This document shows, piece by piece, positions 47,955 to 55,773 of a stretch of 64,000 nucleotides of DNA. Every line of letters starts with the position of its first letter. The stretch's first letter is position 1. Source of the stretch: an uncultured bacterium (GTDB taxonomy: Bacteria; Verrucomicrobiota; Verrucomicrobiia; Verrucomicrobiales; DEV007); contig CAXBMO010000002.1 in assembly GCA_963977015.1 (NCBI GenBank), forward strand, positions 256,001-320,000. The letters run 5' to 3'. The position numbers and the translations under genes are program-made. A model generated the notes under the pieces. That model did no database searches. It worked only from the letters and a program-made list of their open reading frames with translations, and was not told the origin of the DNA.

Positions 47955-48686
47955 CTACTTCGCTTCATTTCGACTCCAGTTGTACTTCTGAAATTCAATC
48001 GTTGTGTCTTTTTTCAGCGGATTTTTCCGAAATTCGTTCAAAAAGCCCTTCACGTCGCCGTCGTTGAAGTCTTCCGCGAACCAGTCAAAGATCTGCGAAA
48101 CACGCGCCACCTTGCCACCATCCGCGAGGGTCACGCCCTCGGGATTGTCGTTCACGTAATCCAAGGTCAAAGCCTGCAAATCAGCCTCCAGCGTTGCCTC
48201 CGCGAACGCGCGATCCAAGAGCGGTGGACAACTCGCACTGGCACAATTCAAGGCAAAGTGAACGCGCGGTTCGTTGAATTCCGGCCGAATGATTCCGTGC
48301 TCAAGATGATTGAAGCTCATCTTTTTCCCCGCCACTTCGATGATGTCGGAACCAAAGAAGCGATTTCGCTTCAGGAAATTGTCGTTGTTGTAGGGGTGCC
48401 GCTCCAGAAAATGAAAAACCGTCCACGCATTGTAGGCGTTGATGTAGAAGGCGAGCTTCTCGTCCTCACTGAGCCCCGAAAGCGACTGCGCCGCGATTCC
48501 GTCCACGACCGATTTCAGCTTGGCCATATCGGCAGAATCTTTGTGCCATTCGTTGTATTTCACCCCGTCAGGAGTCACGTATTTCCCCAGCAACTCGCTG
48601 TATTGACCGACCCAATTTCCAGAGTCGGCTTGAAGATTTGAGCCAAGGGCAAAGACAGAAGTCAGAAGGATCAGGAAGGTTTTCAT
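47955..48686 (-). CDS. DUF547 domain protein (secreted)
   Basis: LAFYINAYNA, EHGIIR, EPRVHFALNCASASCPPL and SQIFDWF..DF; start ATG 48686. Confidence 0.93.
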   Translation of the reverse strand: MKTFLILLTSVFALGSNLQADSGNWVGQYSELLGKYVTPDGVKYNEWHKDSADMAKLKSVVDGIAAQSLSGLSEDEKLAFYINAYNAWTVFHFLERHPYNNDNFLKRNRFFGSDIIEVAGKKMSFNHLEHGIIRPEFNEPRVHFALNCASASCPPLLDRAFAEATLEADLQALTLDYVNDNPEGVTLADGGKVARVSQIFDWFAEDFNDGDVKGFLNEFRKNPLKKDTTIEFQKYNWSRNEAK

Positions 48687-48756
48687 ATTACTAAGGGATT
48701 CGTTGATGGATCTATTGGATAGACCGCGGGCATGTTCAGATCTTACAAAAGCCGTT

Positions 48757-50322
48757 CTATTCCTCAACATCCCAATCATTGGAGCGGAGTTGTTGCCGCA
48801 GTTTGCGACGATCAGCCCGATGCTGGATTTGGCGATGTTGTTTCGGGGTCAGGATTTCATCATCGCGGCCCAAGCTGCGCCCCGCCATCACTGATCCCAG
48901 CGGCTCAATTTGAGCCACGACGTCCGCGAGCCCAAACTGGTCAATCTGGGCACGAACCTGCTCGGCCGGCTTGTAGCCAATCGGGCTCTCAGAAATATCC
49001 GCCTTGCCCAAGTACCAACGCACTTCAATGTCCTTGGTCGAATTCTTGAGTTCCTGCTCCAACGCGTCCGAGTCAAAACTTCCGTCCTTTCGCCGAAACT
49101 GCCGCACCAGAGCCCGACGCGAAAGATTTCGCCCGGCCCCATGCGGAGCAAAGGAAAGATAGTCAGGATTGTCGCGCCCCAGCACCATCAAAATCGGGCT
49201 TGCCATGTTCAGCGGGATCAATCCGAGAAGCGGTCGCCCCTTTGCATCATTCCAAGCTGGCGTTGCGCCTTTGCCGTGCAAAAAGAGGTCGCCACGTTTC
49301 CAGACGAAATTGTGTTCGTTCCCAAACGCGGTGATGGATTTGGCGTTTGCTTCTTCCAGAAACCGATGATGGATGGCCTCGTGATTGGCCTTGGTCCAGC
49401 GCCCCACATACTGCAGCGCCGCCCAATAGTCCGCTCCCTTTTCGCTGTCCATGCTCAGCCAGGCCGCCGCATCCGGAACTCCGGCTGCGATTTTGGCGGT
49501 TTCCTTAATCGCGGCCTGCATTCCCCGCTTGAAGACGTGAGCCCCCAGTCCACGCGAACCATGATGGCTCACCAACACTCTCAATTCCTGCTCCTGATCA
49601 CGCTCGCGAATGGATCGGACCAATTCCCGGTAACCGGCAGCCTCCAGCCGTTGCAGGCATTCCTCCGCAAACGCAACGGTTCCCAGGAATGCAAAATGGT
49701 TTCCGTCCCCCTGATCTGCCATGTGCGCCCGAGCATGGTCTTGAAGCCCGGAAAGAAACGGATTCGTCCAAACCGGCTCATCATTGACGGGACTCGAAAC
49801 CCGATCCGCACCGACTCTTCCACCGGGACCAAATCGCGTGCTGTCAACGAGCGCATCCAGCATTGCATCGCATTCGCCTCCACCGGAAAAGAAGGTCGCA
49901 TGCATTGAGCAACAGATGTCCGAACCGTGTCCGCCGGGCAAAATCGCATTTTTCGCGGCAATCGCGCCCCCAACCGGAATATGGGCCGGAGCATTTCCGG
50001 CGGGGCAGGCGTCGGGCATGATGGCCCCGGCTTCCACAACCGGACACGCCATCAGCTCCCTCATGTATCGACGAACCAATTTCAGGTTCTTCTCGTCAAC
50101 GGGATTGGTTGCTTCGATCGCTTCACGAAAGGGCAGCGGTTTCTCCCTCATGACCATGCGCGTATCCGGCTTCGGAAAGCGTCGTTCCAAAAGCTTCACC
50201 AGGTATTTGGGATCGCTGATCCCTTTGTCGTTGAGTTCTGTTGCCTCTCTCAGAATTTGCTCCAGCACTTCCGAGTCATCCGGCCATCCCGCCTCAACGA
50301 GTTCTTGCTGCGTTAGGGGCAC
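48757..50322 (-). CDS. rtcB: RtcB-family RNA ligase
   Basis: MPDAC, IPVGG, SDICC, GDGNHF, HHGSRGLG, HNFV, HGKGATP, HGAGR and ESP..YK; likely GTG start at 50322. Confidence 0.92.
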   Translation of the reverse strand: MPLTQQELVEAGWPDDSEVLEQILREATELNDKGISDPKYLVKLLERRFPKPDTRMVMREKPLPFREAIEATNPVDEKNLKLVRRYMRELMACPVVEAGAIMPDACPAGNAPAHIPVGGAIAAKNAILPGGHGSDICCSMHATFFSGGGECDAMLDALVDSTRFGPGGRVGADRVSSPVNDEPVWTNPFLSGLQDHARAHMADQGDGNHFAFLGTVAFAEECLQRLEAAGYRELVRSIRERDQEQELRVLVSHHGSRGLGAHVFKRGMQAAIKETAKIAAGVPDAAAWLSMDSEKGADYWAALQYVGRWTKANHEAIHHRFLEEANAKSITAFGNEHNFVWKRGDLFLHGKGATPAWNDAKGRPLLGLIPLNMASPILMVLGRDNPDYLSFAPHGAGRNLSRRALVRQFRRKDGSFDSDALEQELKNSTKDIEVRWYLGKADISESPIGYKPAEQVRAQIDQFGLADVVAQIEPLGSVMAGRSLGRDDEILTPKQHRQIQHRADRRKLRQQLRSNDWDVEE

Positions 50323-50568
50323 CTTCCACAATCCCCCGAATTTCGACGACCCGCAACCTGGATGCTCCAAGGAGCGTTGGAAAATGATGACGGACGCGCA
50401 AGTTGTTCCTCCATTTTGAAGATTGGCTTCGCATGATCTTGAGATGCGGCGCTTTTCCCGACTGGAAATGCTGTTCGGGGCTTTGTGAGGCTCATCGCCG
50501 CCCCGAGCCATCATTCCCAGTCGACAAAATCACTCACAGCGCGTCTCGACCTCATTTTCAAACGCGCC

Positions 50569-51993
50569 CTAAAGATCGTTGTCGCGAACTTCGGCCAGCT
50601 TATTGGTTAGCTTTCCCCGAAGGCGTTTCAATTCCGTTTGAGAGCCGGGATCATCAACCAGATTCGTGAACTGCTTGGGATCCTTCCTCATGTCAAACAA
50701 CTCCGCACCTCCCGAGCCGTCTTCCTTGTATTGAATATAGGCCCAGTCTTTCTCCCGGAGCAGAAACCCCTTGCGACTCGGAGCGACACTGAAGGCTGCG
50801 TCTCTCACTTCAAAGCCCGGATCATCCAGCATTCTGGAGATGTCTTTGCCTTGCAGGCGATCCGGAACCTCGAGCCCGCACAGACTTGCGAGCGTCGGAT
50901 AGAGATCGAGCAACTCGACCAAGGAATCACAAACCGCCGGTTTCTTTCCAGGCACGCTGATGATGAGGGGAACGCCGGCCGACTCATCCCGCAGACTCAC
51001 CTTGGCCCAGAAATCGTGCTCTCCCAGATGATAGCCATGATCACTGGTAAAAATGACGATCGTCTCATCTTCCATGCCACTCTTGGCAAGAGCCTCCATC
51101 ACCTTGCCGACCTGGGCATCCATGAACTCCACCGAGGCATAGTATCCACCCACCGCTTTCTTCTGGCGCCTCACATTCATCTTCATATTGACGCTGGTTT
51201 TGTAGTTGATCCCGGGTTTCGGAATATCATCCCAATCGCCTTCCCGCTTTTCAGGCAGGACCATTTTGTCGTAGGGAAGAAACGGAGCGTAGTAGGGCTT
51301 TGGAGCGACAAACGGAACGTGAGGTCGAACAAATCCAACTCCTAACCAGAAAGCACGGTCGCGAAACGCTCCGATCAACTGACTGGCCTTGGCCGCTGTC
51401 TTGCCGTCAGAATGGACCAGGTCGTCGCCATCCGCCTCAACCACGACAAAGGTGTTCCCTCCCACAACCGGCTTTTTTCCATCTGGATTACCTTCCAAGG
51501 TCTCACCGGGCCCGGGCGCTTTCCATTCCGGACCGGGACTGTTGTATTTCTCGTTCCATGAGGCAGGATCGTCAGCGCCATCGCCGCCACCCTCGATTCC
51601 GCCGGGAACCCCCATGTGATAGATCTTGCTGACCCGGGCCGCATGATAGCCGTGGTTCATGAAATGTTGCGACCAGGTTGCTCGCTCCCCGAGCTTTGGT
51701 CGCGGGTTGGTATATCCCAAGGTTCCGGTTGCATGGGGGTAATAGCCTGACATGAAGGAGGCTCGAGACGGTCCACAATACGTTCCCTGGCAATAGGCCT
51801 GGGTGAACCGTGTTCCCTTTGCGGCGATCGCATCGATATTGGGCGTCTGGCAGACCGTATTCCCATAACAGGACAAGGCTGTTGAGGTCAGATCATCCGA
51901 GATGATGAAAAGCACATTAAACCTCGCCTTCTCCTCCGCGGTGAGGGGCGCCAGAAATCCAAAAATCGCACCAAGGTAGATGGAAAGTCTCAT
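50569..51993 (-). CDS. Sulfatase (iduronate-2-sulfatase/choline-sulfatase-like)
   Basis: NVLFIISDDL, CGPSRAS (CxPSR), KIYH, RPHVP and SDHGYHLGEH. Confidence 0.95.
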   Translation of the reverse strand: MRLSIYLGAIFGFLAPLTAEEKARFNVLFIISDDLTSTALSCYGNTVCQTPNIDAIAAKGTRFTQAYCQGTYCGPSRASFMSGYYPHATGTLGYTNPRPKLGERATWSQHFMNHGYHAARVSKIYHMGVPGGIEGGGDGADDPASWNEKYNSPGPEWKAPGPGETLEGNPDGKKPVVGGNTFVVVEADGDDLVHSDGKTAAKASQLIGAFRDRAFWLGVGFVRPHVPFVAPKPYYAPFLPYDKMVLPEKREGDWDDIPKPGINYKTSVNMKMNVRRQKKAVGGYYASVEFMDAQVGKVMEALAKSGMEDETIVIFTSDHGYHLGEHDFWAKVSLRDESAGVPLIISVPGKKPAVCDSLVELLDLYPTLASLCGLEVPDRLQGKDISRMLDDPGFEVRDAAFSVAPSRKGFLLREKDWAYIQYKEDGSGGAELFDMRKDPKQFTNLVDDPGSQTELKRLRGKLTNKLAEVRDNDL

Positions 51994-52055
51994 TGCGCAG
52001 GACACGTTGGGCGCTGAAGCATCTTTCAAGAGGCCACAGTGCCTTTTCGATGCCC

Positions 52056-54029
52056 TTATGCAACCCGTTGAACATTTGCGCCCTCAGGATCACCTTCTCC
52101 CAAAATGGAAATGGCTGCCTGGGTGATCTCATCAGGGCCAATGGAGGTCATACACCGAAAATCAAGCGGGCAGCGTCGCAGGAAACACGGGCTACACTCG
52201 ACATGACGGCGAATGACTTTGTGGCCGTGACCAAGCGGAGACGTCAGGCTTGGTTCCGTGGATCCAAAGATGGCGACGGTCTTGACGCCCAGCAACGCCG
52301 CCAGGTGCATGGTTCCTGTGTCGTTGGTGATGAGTAGGTGGCAATTCCGGAGTTCTTCCATCAACTCACCGATCGAGGTTTGGCCCACTTTGTTGCTCAG
52401 CTCCACTTCGCATTTTTGCTGGAAATAGTAGGACATTTCATACTCGGCGGGCGCACCATAAATACTCCAATCGACTTTCCCCCGTAGCCGGTCGTCGATC
52501 TCTTCAACCGCCTTCGCAAAGCGTTCGGTGGGATAGCGCTTCGCTTCTCCATAGACGGCCCCAGGACAAATACCAATGCGCCAGCGTCCGCTGAATTCCG
52601 GTTCGTTGTCCCGCATGGCATAAAGATCCGGATCGGTCTGATCCGCCCCAACGTAATGGGCGATTCGCATGTAGCGCCAAGCATGATGCTCGGGCGGCCC
52701 GGGGATTCTTCGCTCGGGGACCACTTGATCCAGGTAGCGCCCCCGACTGTGGCCCTTGTAGCCAACCACATGGGGCACACCTGCAAATTTCATCTCCAAC
52801 GCGGAGCGCAACGAATTTGGAAACACGATCCCGACATCAAACGGCTCCCACATATGGAGCAGGCTCTTGACCTTCAACAACGAAACCCGCCGGGGAACAC
52901 TAATGACCTGATCCACATGTCGAACCGCATTCCACAAATCGGCCGTTCCGTCCGTGCAGAGAACCGTGACGTGAGCGTCAGGCCTTCCGTTTTTGATCGC
53001 CCTGACGGTCGGAACCGACATGCAGGAATCGCCAAGCGGGTTGGGGGCACGGATGAGTATCCGAAAGGGTTTGAGATCCTTTTCGACATCAAAGTTCGGA
53101 GGAAAATCGATTCCACGCCGATAGCCACTCAGCAAAAACTCCGGATTGGGAGTTTTCCAGCGATCATGAACCCAGAACCACTCCTCTGGAGCACGACGAA
53201 TCAGCTGCTCCATCGAGTAATTGAGCTGCGCGGTAATCTGGCCACTGTCCAGCTCGGCTCCATTCTCATCGGTCATCCGAATGGGATCACCATAAACGAC
53301 TCGCCATTTCGCGATGCCATCGGGATACAAACAAACCGGAACAATTGGTGCGCCTGTGCGAATCGAGAACAACGCTGCCAAATTACTGGTGGACGCCAAC
53401 CGGCCAAAGAAAGGGCACCACAATCCCCTTCCGCCTGCGTTTTGATCGATCAAAATTCCAAGCCCACCTCCTTCACGAAGATGCTTCATCGGCCCATAAA
53501 ACCCTTTCTTGCGATCAAATAGGGTCAGTCCATCCTGCGCTCGAGACTCCAGAACGTGCTTGTTGATGAATGGATTGGAAAGCGCCTGATAAAGAGATGC
53601 GCGTTTCACACCGGGCCCCAGAGAAGCGATCTGGCTCAGCAATTCCCAAGCCCCCATGTGGGAAATCGCTACGATTGCCCCCTTGTTCTCCTCAAAAATG
53701 CTCAGGAGGATCTGCTGACTTTCATACCTGACCCGCTTCTCAATCGCAGCAGGCCGCATCAACGACAATTTAACACTCGTGAACAGATTCCTCCCGAGGG
53801 CGCAAAAGTGGCGATGGGCAATTCTACGGCATTCGGAAGCCCCCATTTCATCACCAAGCGCGATGAGAAGGTTCCGCCGAACAATCTTACGATACCCGGG
53901 AAGAAACCAGTAGGCCCACCAGCCGATGAATCCGCCAAAGATCCAGCAGAACCAAAGAGGAACGAAAACCAGGACGGATTCTACCGACCTGAGAAGGAGG
54001 TAAACGAGGTAATGGAGGATTCGCGCCAT
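52056..54029 (-). CDS. waaF: Lipid A acyltransferase (LpxL-like) fused to LPS heptosyltransferase II (GT9)
   Basis: N-terminal half: HMGAWE, LIDQ, FFG, PEEWFWVHDRWK. C-terminal half: IRAPNPLGD, FPNSLRSA, CPGAVYGEAKRYP, NDTGTMHLA, CSPCFLRRCP. Confidence 0.9.
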   Translation of the reverse strand: MARILHYLVYLLLRSVESVLVFVPLWFCWIFGGFIGWWAYWFLPGYRKIVRRNLLIALGDEMGASECRRIAHRHFCALGRNLFTSVKLSLMRPAAIEKRVRYESQQILLSIFEENKGAIVAISHMGAWELLSQIASLGPGVKRASLYQALSNPFINKHVLESRAQDGLTLFDRKKGFYGPMKHLREGGGLGILIDQNAGGRGLWCPFFGRLASTSNLAALFSIRTGAPIVPVCLYPDGIAKWRVVYGDPIRMTDENGAELDSGQITAQLNYSMEQLIRRAPEEWFWVHDRWKTPNPEFLLSGYRRGIDFPPNFDVEKDLKPFRILIRAPNPLGDSCMSVPTVRAIKNGRPDAHVTVLCTDGTADLWNAVRHVDQVISVPRRVSLLKVKSLLHMWEPFDVGIVFPNSLRSALEMKFAGVPHVVGYKGHSRGRYLDQVVPERRIPGPPEHHAWRYMRIAHYVGADQTDPDLYAMRDNEPEFSGRWRIGICPGAVYGEAKRYPTERFAKAVEEIDDRLRGKVDWSIYGAPAEYEMSYYFQQKCEVELSNKVGQTSIGELMEELRNCHLLITNDTGTMHLAALLGVKTVAIFGSTEPSLTSPLGHGHKVIRRHVECSPCFLRRCPLDFRCMTSIGPDEITQAAISILGEGDPEGANVQRVA

Positions 54030-54095
54030 GAATTTCGGACTATGGTACGAACTTCCCTAACTTGGAAAGCTGAATCCTGCGACTTCCTCTGAAAG

Positions 54096-54656
54096 CTATT
54101 CTTGGGGCGACTTGTTCTCTGTAGCCGCAGAATCTGCAGAAGCAGCATCCGGCTCAGTTGGCTCGACCTCAGTCTCCGGGTCTGGAGTTGCGGCTTCCTC
54201 TGCAGCTTCAGGCTCGGCTGGTGATTCCGGCGCTTTTTCTGCGGGAGCCTCAGCGGCGGCGTCGCTGTCGGGTGTTGTTTCCACCGTTTCAGGGGTGGTC
54301 GCAGTATCCGGCAAGGAAGGAACAGCTGGCATCGTTTCAGGAGCAAGATCGATATTCGGCAGAGCCGGCTCCCCGGGAACAACCGCCGCCGGCTGGATTT
54401 CTGGGAGAATGTTGCGATTTTGCTGCGCTTTAATCACGGCGAGTAAAACTGCGAGCACGAAAAAGCAGATTGCCAAAAAGCGAGTCCCCTTCTGCAACAC
54501 ATCAGTTGTTTGCGCTCCAAAACTCTCAGACATCATTCCTGACGCAAAGGCGGCGCCAAGTCCTTCTTGCTTTGGCCGCTGCATCATAACCAGCAGGACG
54601 AGCAAAAGACAGACCACGACGTGGAGAAAAAGCAGGATATTGAAAAGGATGCTCAT
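54096..54656 (-). CDS. secG: Preprotein translocase subunit SecG with a long acidic Pro/Ala/Glu tail
   Basis: LVMMQRPKQEGLGAAF..G..FGAQTTDVLQKGT; 2 TM segments. Confidence 0.9.
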   Translation of the reverse strand: MSILFNILLFLHVVVCLLLVLLVMMQRPKQEGLGAAFASGMMSESFGAQTTDVLQKGTRFLAICFFVLAVLLAVIKAQQNRNILPEIQPAAVVPGEPALPNIDLAPETMPAVPSLPDTATTPETVETTPDSDAAAEAPAEKAPESPAEPEAAEEAATPDPETEVEPTEPDAASADSAATENKSPQE

Positions 54657-55021
54657 AATCGGGCGGCCACTCTATACCGGGCGGGGTATTTGTAAAGCGG
54701 TTCGCCAAGGGTTGATCACGGTGAGAAATCAAGCCCTGGGAATTCGCCGAAACTCAGGCGACTCCCAACCACGCTGAAGACTCGAGAAAATTGATCGGCG
54801 TGATGGCAAAATCACCATGAACAGATGACACAATGAGAATTAAATTAAGGAATTCTTGAATATCTGAGTCCTAACGATAGTCGAAAATCCTGTAATGTGC
54901 TTTTGAATCGAAAGATCCGGACTCTCAAATTTGACAATTTATCGCATTTGAAAGTTAAATTTTATAAAACACACCTTGATTCCGATTCTTTTTTTACATA
55001 AGCTCGCCTTACGACAGCAAC

Positions 55022-55049
55022 TTGACCTGAAAATTATAAAAATTATAAA
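55022..55049 (+). promoter_or_regulatory. Putative sigma70 promoter for marR with an AAAATTATA direct repeat
   Basis: TTGACC (55022-55027), 16 nt, TATAAA (55044-55049). A second TTGACA lies at 54931. Contains the shared 13-mer at 55036-55048. Confidence 0.5.
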
Positions 55050-55133
55050 CCAAAGCTTGTAAAATATGTCTGGGGCATCTAAAATATTAGCTCCAGCATA
55101 ATTCTAAACTTAACACATCGGAGGTTCCCCGTT

Positions 55134-55595
55134 ATGCAGGTAGTGAACGAACAAGAAACAAACCCAACATCAGAAGCCGGCCGTTTAGCTGACTTTATCA
55201 TGTTTACCCAACGGTCCTTTCTCCTCGATCTCTCGAAGGAGTTAAATAAGGGCAATATATCCTATGCGCAGTTTTTCTTGCTCGGATATCTCGCCAAAGA
55301 GGACTATTTGACGATGACTGACATCTCCAAAAAAATGGGTCACTCCACAGCAGCCGCTACTGGATTGGTCGATCGATTGGAAAAACTCGGCTACGTTCAA
55401 CGGCTTCACGCTGCTGACGATCGCCGCAAAGTCATGGTTCAGATAACCCGCAAGGGTCTCGACTTGGTCAACAGAATGCGTGACGGCATCGCCGAAGACA
55501 TCGCAGAACTGATGGCTAATCTCGATAAGGGTAGCAGTGAAGGCTCTAACCCTCTTACCGAGATCAGCAACTTTCTGATGCGCGACCGCGGCTAA
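55134..55595 (+). CDS. MarR-family transcriptional regulator
   Basis: ISYAQFFLL, TMTDIS...TGLVDRLEKLGYVQR..DDRR...ITRKG; GGAGG RBS upstream. Confidence 0.95.
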   Translation: MQVVNEQETNPTSEAGRLADFIMFTQRSFLLDLSKELNKGNISYAQFFLLGYLAKEDYLTMTDISKKMGHSTAAATGLVDRLEKLGYVQRLHAADDRRKVMVQITRKGLDLVNRMRDGIAEDIAELMANLDKGSSEGSNPLTEISNFLMRDRG

Positions 55596-55682
55596 CCCCG
55601 CCCCTGCGTCTCGCACTAAAGGCTGCTTTTCCCCCTTAGTACCTCAACTCGATTCTAGCCCTTATTGGGCTAGGCCCCAAAT

Positions 55683-55719
55683 TGCTCCCGCCTCGCATCG
55701 CGAACGGGAGCATTTTTTT
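55683..55719 (+). terminator. Rho-independent terminator of marR
   Basis: TGCTCCCG...CGGGAGCA stem followed by TTTTTTT. Confidence 0.85.
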
Positions 55720-55773
55720 GTTCGGAAACTGAACCAACCACGGGAGAATTGTTCTCACTCTGATACTTCACCC

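Noticed and set aside
54030-54095. tRNA downstream of secG, as in many bacteria
   Set aside because: The gap is only 66 bp and has no cloverleaf or T-loop motif.
54700-54770. Riboswitch (for example c-di-GMP-I) in the secG/marR spacer
   Set aside because: Two hairpins are present, but I could not match the conserved sequence of any known riboswitch.
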